Source: an uncultured Gammaproteobacteria bacterium
Lineage (GTDB): Bacteria; Patescibacteriota; Patescibacteriia; Magasanikbacterales; UBA922
Direction of reading: 5' to 3'
Length of the DNA stretch: 63,343 nt
NCBI GenBank assembly: GCA_964447765.1
Contig: CAYUTO010000005.1
Coordinates: forward strand, 1-63,343
In this document: piece after piece, positions 35,596-45,135 of the stretch
Layout: the number at the start of each line of letters is the position of its first letter
How positions within the stretch are numbered: position 1 is the first letter of the stretch
Made by a program: the position numbers and the translations under genes
Notes under the pieces: generated by a model
What the model saw: only the letters and a program-made list of their open reading frames with translations
Database searches by the model: none
What the model was told of the DNA's origin: nothing

Positions 35596-36513
35596 ATGAA
35601 TTGGATTCTTATCGCACTTATTGGATACGGTTTGCTCGCACTTACCTTTATTCTTGATAAATACATATTATCATCAACTACTATTCAGCGTCCGAGCGTA
35701 TATGCGTTTTATTCCACCATTATTATGTGGGGTGCATTAGTGCTTTTGTTTTTTTCAAAAGAAACATTTGGGTATTATGATATTTTGATTGGGCTTGGCT
35801 CTGGAGTCGCATTTGGGTTTGGGTTATTAACGTTGTATGTTGCAGTGAAGGGTGGAGAAGCCTCACATGTAAACCCCTTTAGTGGAGCTGTGGTTGCGGT
35901 CACTACCTATGCATTGTCGCATTATTTTTTGGAGGAAATATTAACTCGAGGACAGCTCTGGGGAATGGTATGTCTCGTAGTCGCCTCCGTCGTGCTTTCG
36001 TATCAGGAGACCAAGCTGAAAAAAGGATTTTCATGGAGTTATCTCTGGGCAATATTATCAGGAGTGTTTTTTGCTGTTTCTCATGTGAGTGCTAAATTTT
36101 TGTATATGGCACATGATTTTATTCCTGCGTTTGCGTGGAGTCGCGCTGGAGCTGGAATTGTTGGTTTACTCCTACTTTTTCATCCGCGAGTATGGAAAGA
36201 ACTTTCTTTTCGATTGTCACATAGAAAAAAGTCAAAGAAAAAAATACAGCCAACTTCGCTTGCAATTGTGTGGATTGCGAAAATTGTGGGTATTGCAGCG
36301 GTAGTCCTCATCCAGTATGCCGGGGCGCTTGGTTCGGTCTCGGTCGTGCAGGCACTCAGCGGGCTTCAGTACGCGCTTATGTTTGCATTAATTTTTATAT
36401 TAAGTAAATGGTCACCAAAAACATTTAAAGAATATTTTTCACCACGCGAGCTCATAGTACAGAGTTCTGGTATTATATTAGTTATTATTGGTGGAGCATT
36501 ATTTATTTTGTAA
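35596..36513 (+). CDS. EamA/DMT-family transporter
   Basis: About 10 TMs in two repeats; GEASHV, GSVSVVQAL. Confidence 0.8.
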   Translation: MNWILIALIGYGLLALTFILDKYILSSTTIQRPSVYAFYSTIIMWGALVLLFFSKETFGYYDILIGLGSGVAFGFGLLTLYVAVKGGEASHVNPFSGAVVAVTTYALSHYFLEEILTRGQLWGMVCLVVASVVLSYQETKLKKGFSWSYLWAILSGVFFAVSHVSAKFLYMAHDFIPAFAWSRAGAGIVGLLLLFHPRVWKELSFRLSHRKKSKKKIQPTSLAIVWIAKIVGIAAVVLIQYAGALGSVSVVQALSGLQYALMFALIFILSKWSPKTFKEYFSPRELIVQSSGIILVIIGGALFIL

Positions 36514-36517
36514 TTTT

Positions 36518-37516
36518 ATGCGCATGTCAGCCTTTGGTATTCTCATTGGACTTTTGGCTCTTATCTATGGGGGATTGTGGTGGTATGGAAAATCTACGCA
36601 TCCGATACAGTATGGGATCAGTTTTAGTTCGCAACATGCATCGTGGCTGATACCTGATTGGAGACCAATGTATCGAGAAATGCTTACTGATTTGAAACCT
36701 GGTTTTATCCGATTGTCTGTTGATTGGGATCAGGTGGAGAAAAAAGAGGGGGTCTATGACTTTTCTGATGTTGATTTCATGATGAATGAAGCGGGTAAAC
36801 AGAATGTCCGCGTGCTTTTGGCTGTAGGACAGAAGACTCCTCGTTGGCCAGAGTGTCATCTGCCGTCTTGGCTTGAAGAAAAAACGCGTGATGAATATTT
36901 GCATAAGTTATACGCGTATGTCTCAACTACGGTAGATCGATACAAAGATCACGAAGCGCTTGAATATTGGCAGGTCGAAAACGAACCATATATCAAGTTT
37001 GATTTTGGTAGTTGTGAACGGTTTGAGTCCCTTGCAATAGATGAAGAGATTTCTATTGTTCGATCAAAAGATGATATTCATAACATTGTAGTAACTGATA
37101 CAGGTGAATTGTCAGTGTGGTATCCTGCGGCAAAAAAAGGGGATATTTTTGGAAGTACGATGTATCGAGTGGTTACTACTCCGAAAGGAAATATATTCAC
37201 GTATGATTGGATGCCTGCCGGATGGTTCAAAGCTCGGGCAAAAATATTTGGATTATCACCGGATAGATTTTTTATCTCAGAATTGCAGGCTGAACCGTGG
37301 ATTCACAATGGGGATCTCGTTGGAATGCCAATTGAAAACCAATTTGAGACGATGAGTGTCGAGCAGATGAAGAAAAATTTGGAGTTTGCGAAGCATACGA
37401 GTGCCTCGCGAGCGTACTTATGGGGGGTGGAATGGTGGTATTGGATGAAGTACACGCACAATGATTCTAGATTTATTGATTTGGCACGTGAGTATATTAG
37501 TGAAGTGAAAAAATAG
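36518..37516 (+). CDS. Membrane-anchored clan-A glycoside hydrolase (GH5/GH42-like)
   Basis: N-terminal TM; WDQVEKKEGVYDF, WQVENEP acid/base, ISELQAEPW nucleophile. Confidence 0.75.
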   Translation: MRMSAFGILIGLLALIYGGLWWYGKSTHPIQYGISFSSQHASWLIPDWRPMYREMLTDLKPGFIRLSVDWDQVEKKEGVYDFSDVDFMMNEAGKQNVRVLLAVGQKTPRWPECHLPSWLEEKTRDEYLHKLYAYVSTTVDRYKDHEALEYWQVENEPYIKFDFGSCERFESLAIDEEISIVRSKDDIHNIVVTDTGELSVWYPAAKKGDIFGSTMYRVVTTPKGNIFTYDWMPAGWFKARAKIFGLSPDRFFISELQAEPWIHNGDLVGMPIENQFETMSVEQMKKNLEFAKHTSASRAYLWGVEWWYWMKYTHNDSRFIDLAREYISEVKK

Positions 37517-37522
37517 TTCAGT

Positions 37523-38707
37523 ATGTATTTGGGAAATAAAATAACAGAAGAAGTGGTGCATTTCCGAGGATTATTCCAGCGGCGTATTGGTTTGTGGCAG
37601 GGGGTTGCATTAATTGTGAGTGGAACGATTGGTGCTGGAGTATTAGGGCTTCCTTATGCGATTTCCCGTTCAGGAGCGATCGTTGGTTTTTTGTATATTG
37701 TTGCGCTTGGTTTGATTATGATGGTTTTGAATCTTATGCTTGGACAATTGGTTTCAATCCAGCCTAAGCCACTACAGCTTACAGGTCTTGCTCGAAAATA
37801 TTTGGGTACGTGGGGTGGGTATCTTATGACTGCAATTCTCTACACTATGCTTGTAGGGGTGTTATTGGTCTATCTGATTGGTGAGGGCCAGACGTTATCT
37901 GCGTTATTTGGTGGTGAGAGTGAATATTGGACTATTGGTTTTTTCTTGCTTGCAACGGTACTTATTGCTAGTGGAATGCGTACGGTAAAACGTGTTGAAT
38001 CGGTATTGGTAATTGGAGTTTTGGCTGTGGTATTCATGATTATCCTTGTAAGTTTTCCACATGTACAAGTAGTAAATTTAATTTCGTATAATTTTTCTGA
38101 ATTGTTGTTTCCCTATGGTGTGGTACTTTTTGCATTTCACAGTACTATGTCTATGCCGGAGGCTTATTCCATACTTAAGCATAAAAATGGTACCTACAAA
38201 CTTTCAATCGTCTATGCGGGGATTATTTCAATTTTGGTGTACGCTGCGTTTGCACTACTTTCAGTTGGTGTTATGGGTTCTTCTACACCCGAGATAGCAA
38301 CCACAGGTTTGGGTGAATTTATTGGTCACCGGGCATTTGTATTTGGTAATATTTTTGCAATTCTTGCGATGGGAATGAGTTTTCTTATTAGTTCACTTTC
38401 TTTTCGTGATTCATTGGTGTGGGATCATGGAGTTCGGGAATGGAAAGCAACGATTGCAGTGTGTCTTATTCCATTTTTGCTTTTTTATTTTGGCTTACGG
38501 AGTTTTATTGCAGTTATTGATATTATTGGTGGAGTATTGGTCACCGCTGAGCTCTTTTTGATTATTCTCATGTATTGGAATGCGCATCGAAAGGGGGAAT
38601 TCAAAGGAACACGTACTTTTTCACTTCATCGAGTAGGGTTGTCTATTATCCCGGTACTTCTTGCACTCGCTATTGGTGCGGTGTATAGTGTGGGGAAACT
38701 GTTTTAA
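37523..38707 (+). CDS. Aromatic amino-acid permease family (TyrP/Mtr-like) transporter
   Basis: GTIGAGVLGLPY, PYGVVLFAF, about 11 TMs. Confidence 0.85.
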   Translation: MYLGNKITEEVVHFRGLFQRRIGLWQGVALIVSGTIGAGVLGLPYAISRSGAIVGFLYIVALGLIMMVLNLMLGQLVSIQPKPLQLTGLARKYLGTWGGYLMTAILYTMLVGVLLVYLIGEGQTLSALFGGESEYWTIGFFLLATVLIASGMRTVKRVESVLVIGVLAVVFMIILVSFPHVQVVNLISYNFSELLFPYGVVLFAFHSTMSMPEAYSILKHKNGTYKLSIVYAGIISILVYAAFALLSVGVMGSSTPEIATTGLGEFIGHRAFVFGNIFAILAMGMSFLISSLSFRDSLVWDHGVREWKATIAVCLIPFLLFYFGLRSFIAVIDIIGGVLVTAELFLIILMYWNAHRKGEFKGTRTFSLHRVGLSIIPVLLALAIGAVYSVGKLF

Positions 38708-38709
38708 AT

Positions 38710-38777
38710 AAGTCGTAAAGTCGATAAAGTCTAAAGTGATTTGTATTCTACTTTCGACTTTACAGACTTTCTGACTT
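38710..38777. repeat. Periodic palindrome, AAAGTC family (copy 1)
   Basis: AGT units spaced 8,9,7 on the left and ACT units spaced 7,9,8 on the right (mirror image). Confidence 0.8.
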
Positions 38778-38791
38778 TTCACTTATTTTAT

Positions 38792-39592
38792 ATGACTATA
38801 CTTCAAGCTATTGTGCTAGGTATTGTGCAGGGCTTATGTGAATTTTTGCCAATTTCTTCATCAGGACATCTGATTTTGGTGCCGGTTATTTTTGGGTGGG
38901 AGGTGCAAGATCAGTCATTTGATGTTGTGCTGCATGTCGCGACATTGGTTGCGGTTGTTCTTTTTTTTCGTACCACAGTCACACGAATTTTTCGCGCACT
39001 TATCCATTTTAGACAGCCTACGGTAGACCGAAATATAGGATTTGCAGTTATTATTTCTACTATTCCTGCGGCGCTTGTGGGATTACTATTTGGAGGTAAG
39101 ATTGAATCTGCATTTCGATCGCCTCAATCAGTTGCGATTAGTCTGATTGTGGGGGCTATTATACTATTTGCGGCAGATCGGTATATTCATCGTCGTCATG
39201 AAACGCATCCTATTTCTAAAGTTACTTTTCGGAATGCAATTGTCGTTGGATGTGCTCAAATCCTGGCTTTTGTTCCTGGTATGAGTAGGTCAGGAGTAAC
39301 GATTTCTGCAGCGTTATTTCAAAATTTTTCAAAGACTGCTGCTGCAGAATTTTCATTTTTGATGAGCATTCCTATTATTACGTTGGCTGGAGCTGCAGCG
39401 TTGAGGGATATTATTGGTAGCGGTGGAATTTCATATGGAATACCGAGCTTGATTGCTGGTTTTATTGCTGCAATGCTTAGTGGGCTTTTTTCTATCTGGC
39501 TTACTCTTACCGTTATACGAAAAGTGAGCTTTATTCCTTTTGTAATCTATCGAATTATTATTGCTGGTGTTATTTTGGTGTTGTTTATCTAG
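38792..39592 (+). CDS. uppP: Undecaprenyl-diphosphate phosphatase
   Basis: GIVQGLCEFLPISSSGHL, PGMSRSGVTI, AAEFSFLMSIP; the track TTG 38741 lies in the repeat. Confidence 0.96.
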   Translation: MTILQAIVLGIVQGLCEFLPISSSGHLILVPVIFGWEVQDQSFDVVLHVATLVAVVLFFRTTVTRIFRALIHFRQPTVDRNIGFAVIISTIPAALVGLLFGGKIESAFRSPQSVAISLIVGAIILFAADRYIHRRHETHPISKVTFRNAIVVGCAQILAFVPGMSRSGVTISAALFQNFSKTAAAEFSFLMSIPIITLAGAAALRDIIGSGGISYGIPSLIAGFIAAMLSGLFSIWLTLTVIRKVSFIPFVIYRIIIAGVILVLFI

Positions 39593-39595
39593 TAC

Positions 39596-39624
39596 TTGAC
39601 GAGAGTTGTTCGATAGAGTATGAT
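39596..39624 (+). promoter_or_regulatory. Promoter of the AbrB-efflux operon
   Basis: TTGACG-N17-TATGAT. Confidence 0.75.
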
Positions 39625-39644
39625 AAGTATGATTTTTCATACTT
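39617..39644. promoter_or_regulatory. Candidate operator of the AbrB-like regulator
   Basis: Perfect AAGTATGA-TTTT-TCATACTT (39625-44) plus a direct AGTATGA copy at 39617 over the -10 box. Confidence 0.65.
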
Positions 39645-39648
39645 TTTT

Positions 39649-39891
39649 ATGCCATCAACCAAAAAAGATTTGAATATATATGGGACATGTCATGGTACTA
39701 CTTCTCTAGGGGAGCGAGGCCAGGTTGTTGTTCCGAAAAAAGTAAGATCTAAGCTTTCTCTCAAGAAAGGTGATAACTTTTTGGTTATTGAAAAAGATGG
39801 GGTTATTATTCTGGCCCCGACGAGCGTAGTTGAGTCGATGATTTCTAATTTATCAAACCTTAGTGAAGAATTAAAAAATTCACATATATAA
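39649..39891 (+). CDS. AbrB/MazE/SpoVT-family DNA-binding protein
   Basis: TTSLGERGQVVVPKKVRSKLSLKKGD. Confidence 0.88.
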   Translation: MPSTKKDLNIYGTCHGTTSLGERGQVVVPKKVRSKLSLKKGDNFLVIEKDGVIILAPTSVVESMISNLSNLSEELKNSHI

Positions 39892-39910
39892 TAATATACA
39901 CACGATTACT

Positions 39911-41563
39911 ATGAGCACATCTGTACAGTTGTCTACAACCAAACCTTGGTACAAAAAGAAATGGATATACATTGTAGGAATTATTGTTCTTCTTGTTGGG
40001 GGCTATGCTTTTGCTCAGTCACAAAAACAAAATCAGGGACCTTCCTATGAAACCTTTGTAGTCGAACGGGGGACTTTGACTCAAACGGTCGATGCTTCGG
40101 GAAATGTAAAATCAGCAGACGAACTCGATTTACGTTTTGAATCCAGTGGTCGAATTGCAAAAATTTATACTGAGATTGATTCACAGGTCCGCGCAGGAAC
40201 AATATTGGCTGATCTCAATTTGAGTGAAGTTAATGCTCGAATTGGAGAGGCAAGTGCAGGCGTAGGGCAAGCACAGGCTAATTTGTCCCAGATCAAAGCT
40301 GCAGGACAGGATGCAATCACGAATGCTAAAGCTGCTGTTGAGAAAGCATTGATTAATTTGAAATTATCTGAAGGAGGATTGGATAGTGAGATTGTTCGGG
40401 ACACATATAATGATGCATTTGCGCTGATGGTGCAGATTCAGGCAACGATATCTCAGGCGATTACTGATGCTGATAATATTTTAGGTATTGATAATGAATT
40501 TGTGAATGATGCGTTTGAAACACAGCTGGGTGTTCAGCGGCCAAGTACACTTACTTCTGCTCGCAATCAGTATTTACTCGCAACCATTGACCAGGATGCC
40601 TTTGATGTAAAAGCAAATTCGCTTTCTCTTGGTTCTTCTCAAGCTGATATTGATGCGGCGATTATGGTTGCTGACAAAGTACTCACTTCTACTAAAGATT
40701 TATTGTATCAGATTTCTGAAGTCCTCAATGCATCGCCAGCAGTGGGTGGTTTGACTCAGGCCTTGCTTGATACTATGAAATCTTCGATTTCGTCTGAACG
40801 CTCTCTCATTACGACTAAACTTACGTCTCTTATTTCTCAGAGACAGGCGATTCAGGATGCAAAAAGTAGTTATACAACGAATAGTGTGCTCTATGAGCAG
40901 GCAAAACAGAATTTGATCAATGCGGAGAATAAGGCGGTGGCAGATGTGGCTGCATATGAAGCGTCTATTCGATCTTCACAAGCATCAGTCGGGGCAGCAG
41001 TTGCAAGTCGAAATAAATCTCGTATTGTCGCGCCTATTGCAGGTAAGGTTGCCAAGGTTGCGTTTAAGCCAGGTGAATTTGTAACCAGTCAGGATGTGGT
41101 AATAAAATTGGTGAGTCCACGTTTTGAGGTCAAAGTAGATATTCCAGAAACTGATATTGTAAAAATTGCTAACGGAGTTTCAACTACTGTTACGCTTGAT
41201 GCGTATGGAAATGATGTGAAATTTACTGGGGTAGTAACTGAAATTGAAACAGGTGAAACAGTGATACAGGATGTAGTGTATTATAAAGTTACCGTGGTAC
41301 TGGAAGAAAAAACTGAATATCAAATATTGAATGGTATGACTGCTGATGTCATGTTCTTTACTGAAAATAAAGGTGACGTTCTCTTTATTCCACAACGTGC
41401 GATTCGTTCTGAAGATAGTAAGAAATTGGTTCGAGTTCTTGAGAATGGACAGGTGCGCGAAGTGGAAGTAGTTACGGGACTTCGAGGAGACGATGGGTTA
41501 ATTGAAATCCTGTCTGGGCTTGAATCAGGGCAGGAGATTGTAATTCGTGAGAAAGCCGAATAA
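39911..41563 (+). CDS. Efflux periplasmic adaptor (HlyD/MacA-like) with a very long helical hairpin
   Basis: TM, ASGNV...SGRIAKI lipoyl half, about 270 aa of helical sequence, IVAPIAGKV, VPQRAI-like, VVTGLRGD. Confidence 0.88.
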   Translation: MSTSVQLSTTKPWYKKKWIYIVGIIVLLVGGYAFAQSQKQNQGPSYETFVVERGTLTQTVDASGNVKSADELDLRFESSGRIAKIYTEIDSQVRAGTILADLNLSEVNARIGEASAGVGQAQANLSQIKAAGQDAITNAKAAVEKALINLKLSEGGLDSEIVRDTYNDAFALMVQIQATISQAITDADNILGIDNEFVNDAFETQLGVQRPSTLTSARNQYLLATIDQDAFDVKANSLSLGSSQADIDAAIMVADKVLTSTKDLLYQISEVLNASPAVGGLTQALLDTMKSSISSERSLITTKLTSLISQRQAIQDAKSSYTTNSVLYEQAKQNLINAENKAVADVAAYEASIRSSQASVGAAVASRNKSRIVAPIAGKVAKVAFKPGEFVTSQDVVIKLVSPRFEVKVDIPETDIVKIANGVSTTVTLDAYGNDVKFTGVVTEIETGETVIQDVVYYKVTVVLEEKTEYQILNGMTADVMFFTENKGDVLFIPQRAIRSEDSKKLVRVLENGQVREVEVVTGLRGDDGLIEILSGLESGQEIVIREKAE

Positions 41564-41665
41564 GTTGTTCTTAGTAATCTCATACTTTTGGTCCATCTTA
41601 TTCTAATGGTACTAATTGGCCTAACTATTCAAAAGGGTTGTACTAATTAGAAATCGCTTGCTTTT

Positions 41666-43117
41666 ATGATTGATCTTGCAAAAGTGTATATCACGATTGG
41701 AAAACTTGCAGAAGATAAAAAAGTTCACGCGTATGCTGTGGGCGGATTTGTTCGTGATATGCTCATGCGTCGAGAATCAGTCAAAGATTTGGATGTAGTG
41801 GTCGAAGGTAGTGGAATTGAGTTTGCCAGGGCTTTTGATGAGGCGGTAAAACAAGAGGGGAGTCTGATTGAGTTTTCTGATTTTGATACTGCGCGATATG
41901 TCTATACGACTGAGCAGGAGGATGGAAAAACTGAAAAAGTATTTGAACTTGAATTTGCAGGTGCGCGGAGTGAAGCGTATGACAAGACTTCACGAAAACC
42001 AATCGTTGCCTCTACTACTCTTGAAGAAGATTTGAAGCGGCGCGATTTTACGGTCAATGCTCTCGCATTACCGATTACTTCTCTCGGACTGAGTAATGAA
42101 GTTATTGATCCTTTTGATGGAGCAATCGATATTGAAAAAAAAATACTTCGAACACCGCTTGATCCGGATACGACTTTTTCTGAAGATCCGCTTCGTATGC
42201 TTCGTGCTGCTCGGTTTGCATCACAGCTGGGGTTTACTATTGAAGAGAGTGCGTACGATGCAATTACGCGTAATCGTGAACGATTGAAGATTGTTTCAAA
42301 AGAGCGAGTGTGCGAGGAATTTTTTAAGCTTCTTGCTACACCTACTCCATCGGTCGGATTGTGGATTTTATATCAGACCGGACTTATTAATGAATTTCTT
42401 CCTGAGGTGAGTGAGTTGAATGGAGTCGAGGAATTGTACGGACATCAGCATAAGAATAATTTGGTGCATACATTCAAAGTCGTTGATAATATTTCTGAAC
42501 GTACTAATAATGTACTACTCCGATTTGCAGCACTTATGCATGATATTGGAAAACCAGGAACCAAATCATTTATTGCTGGTCGTGGCTGGGCATTTGATAT
42601 GCATGAACATTTGGGTCGAAAAATTGTGCGGGATGTGGGGCGTCGACTTCGAATGAGTAAGAATGATATCGAATATGTAGCACTATTGGTACGCTGGCAT
42701 CAGCAGCCAATTGCGCTTATGGATGATGGAGTGACTGATAGTCCTGTTCGACGTTTGATTGTGAATTTGAAAGACAAACTTGATGATTTGCTCACACTTT
42801 GTCGAAGTGATATTACAACAGGGAATCCCTATAAGTTGAAGAAACGATTGAAAAATTATGATCTTCTTGAAAAACGTATTGTAGAAGTAACTGAAAAAGA
42901 CAAGCTTCGTGCGTTTCAGTCTCCGGTGCGTGGAGAGGAAATTATGGAGTTGACTGGGTTGAAAGGTGGTCCTACAATTGGAAAAATTAAGAAAGCTTTG
43001 GAAAATGCAATTCTTGATGGTAAAGTAGAGAATGATTATGAAAAAGTAAAAGAATATTTTTTTTCGATTAAAGATGAATATTTGAGTCAGGTGGAGGAGT
43101 GGGAGAAACTAACGTAG
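41666..43117 (+). CDS. cca: CCA-type tRNA nucleotidyltransferase with HD domain
   Basis: VGGFVRD...DLDVV, EDLKRRDFTVNALA, FSEDPLRMLRAARF, HDIGKP. Confidence 0.9.
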   Translation: MIDLAKVYITIGKLAEDKKVHAYAVGGFVRDMLMRRESVKDLDVVVEGSGIEFARAFDEAVKQEGSLIEFSDFDTARYVYTTEQEDGKTEKVFELEFAGARSEAYDKTSRKPIVASTTLEEDLKRRDFTVNALALPITSLGLSNEVIDPFDGAIDIEKKILRTPLDPDTTFSEDPLRMLRAARFASQLGFTIEESAYDAITRNRERLKIVSKERVCEEFFKLLATPTPSVGLWILYQTGLINEFLPEVSELNGVEELYGHQHKNNLVHTFKVVDNISERTNNVLLRFAALMHDIGKPGTKSFIAGRGWAFDMHEHLGRKIVRDVGRRLRMSKNDIEYVALLVRWHQQPIALMDDGVTDSPVRRLIVNLKDKLDDLLTLCRSDITTGNPYKLKKRLKNYDLLEKRIVEVTEKDKLRAFQSPVRGEEIMELTGLKGGPTIGKIKKALENAILDGKVENDYEKVKEYFFSIKDEYLSQVEEWEKLT

Positions 43118-43131
43118 AATAATTTACTGCT

Positions 43132-43857
43132 ATGCCCAAACTTATTGAAGTCAAAAATTTGAAAAAGCAATACGAAAATGAAGAAGTAGTTACCAAAATT
43201 TTACATGGGGTGACTTTTGATATCGATAAAGGTGAATTTGTATCTATCATGGGTCCATCTGGATCAGGAAAGTCTACACTTATGCATATTCTAGGTTTTC
43301 TTGATACCTTATCAGAAGGAACATTCTTTTTTGAAGGGCAAGATGTGAGTATGCTCTCTGATGATCAGCTTGCAATCATGCGCAGTAAAAAAATTGGTTT
43401 TGTGTTTCAGGCATTTAATTTGCTCAATCGTTCTACGACCCTTGAGAATGTGATGCTCCCCCTGCTTTATACTGATGTGTCAAAGAAAGAGAGAGTTATG
43501 CGCGCGACTGAGCTTTTGAATCAGGTGGGATTGGGGCATCGACTTGAGTATTCTCCCAATAAATTATCTGGTGGTGAAAAACAGCGTGTTGCTATTGCAC
43601 GAGCGCTCGTTAATAATCCAGAAGTTATTTTTGCAGATGAGCCTACGGGAAATTTGGATTCAAAGTCGGGATTGCAGGTTATGAAAATTTTACAAGATTT
43701 GAATGAAAAAGGTCATAGCATTATTCTCGTGACACATGAAAAGTATACAGCGGAACATGCAAAACGTATTATTCGCCTCAAAGACGGTCTTATTGAGTAT
43801 GACAAGGAAGTAGAGCAACGACAGCTTGCTGGAGAGAATGCTGCGTTGATGAAATAA
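43132..43857 (+). CDS. MacB/LolD-type ABC ATPase
   Basis: [26 protein letters not shown]. Confidence 0.95.
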   Translation: MPKLIEVKNLKKQYENEEVVTKILHGVTFDIDKGEFVSIMGPSGSGKSTLMHILGFLDTLSEGTFFFEGQDVSMLSDDQLAIMRSKKIGFVFQAFNLLNRSTTLENVMLPLLYTDVSKKERVMRATELLNQVGLGHRLEYSPNKLSGGEKQRVAIARALVNNPEVIFADEPTGNLDSKSGLQVMKILQDLNEKGHSIILVTHEKYTAEHAKRIIRLKDGLIEYDKEVEQRQLAGENAALMK

Positions 43858-43886
43858 GATTATTATACAGAACCTGTTTGGTATTT

Positions 43887-45125
43887 ATGGATTTTTTGGA
43901 AAGTATAAGTAATGCGTGGAAAATAATTACTCGAAGCAAGGCTCGATCTTTTTTGACCATGCTTGGTATTGTGATTGGTGTCATGGCAGTGATTATTGTA
44001 ATGTCTGTTGGTGCCGGCGCCCAAAGTCTTATTCTTAATCAAGTAAAAGGCTTGGGTTCGAATTTGGTAGTTGTATTACCAGGGGCCTCTGAAGATGATG
44101 GTCCTCCTGCCTCTGCGCTTGGAATTGTGGTTACGACTCTTACCTCTGAAGATGGAGAAGCGATTATGAGAGACGCATGTCCATGTATCGAAGATTTGGC
44201 AGTGTATGTAACTGGTAATGATATTATTACTGCAGGAGAATATACGACGAGAGGCAATTATACGGGAACCAGTGCATCATACATACGAGTAGAAGATACT
44301 GAAGTTGAAACGGGGAGATTTTTTTCTAGTGATGAAGAAAAGAATTTTGCTCATGTCGCAGTACTTGGGTCAGGAATGAAAGATGAGTTATTTGAAAATA
44401 GTGATGCTATTGGTGAACGTATTAGAATCGGCAAGGTGAGTTTTACCGTGATTGGTGTTATGAAACAGCGTGGGGTTTCTGGTTTTCAAAATCAAGATGA
44501 TCAGCTTTTTATTCCTGCGAGCGCTGCACAAAAATTACTTCTTGGTGTCAATTATGTGAATTACATACGAATGAAAGTTGATACCCCAGAGAATGTAGAC
44601 GGTGCTATGGAAGAGGTGAGGCAAGTACTACGTGACAGACATGATATCAAACCAGATGAAGATGCTGATTTTTCGGTACGATCCATGGCTGAGGGATTGA
44701 GTGCTCTTACGAATATTACTAATGCGTTGAAATTTTTTCTTGTTGCAATTGCAAGTATTGCTTTGGTTGTTGGAGGATTTGGTATTATGAATATTATGCT
44801 TGCGACGGTGCAAGAACGTACACGAGAGATCGGGCTCCGTAAAGCAGTAGGAGCAACTTCCGGACAAATTACACTGCAGTTTTTAATAGAATCAGTAGTA
44901 ATTACGTTTGTGGGAGGAACCATTGGTCTCATTTTGGGAATATTAATTTCTGTGATTGTTGCACAAGTTGCTCAAAAGTTGGGGTATTCTTGGGACTTGG
45001 TTATTACCGTCGGATCAATAGTGCTCGGATGGGGAGTGTCTGTTGGAATTGGTCTTATGTTTGGAATATTACCTGCGCGACGTGCAAGCAAATTGAATGC
45101 GATTGATGCCTTACGATACGAATAA
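43887..45125 (+). CDS. MacB-family ABC permease 1
   Basis: RSFLTMLGIVIGV, ERTREIGLRKAVGA, PARRASKLNAIDALRYE. Confidence 0.93.
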   Translation: MDFLESISNAWKIITRSKARSFLTMLGIVIGVMAVIIVMSVGAGAQSLILNQVKGLGSNLVVVLPGASEDDGPPASALGIVVTTLTSEDGEAIMRDACPCIEDLAVYVTGNDIITAGEYTTRGNYTGTSASYIRVEDTEVETGRFFSSDEEKNFAHVAVLGSGMKDELFENSDAIGERIRIGKVSFTVIGVMKQRGVSGFQNQDDQLFIPASAAQKLLLGVNYVNYIRMKVDTPENVDGAMEEVRQVLRDRHDIKPDEDADFSVRSMAEGLSALTNITNALKFFLVAIASIALVVGGFGIMNIMLATVQERTREIGLRKAVGATSGQITLQFLIESVVITFVGGTIGLILGILISVIVAQVAQKLGYSWDLVITVGSIVLGWGVSVGIGLMFGILPARRASKLNAIDALRYE

Positions 45126-45135
45126 TATTGCTACT

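Noticed and set aside
41571-41652. Second AbrB operator or another periodic palindrome before cca
   Set aside because: Only a TCATACTT half-site and loose CTAAT units without a convincing partner arm.
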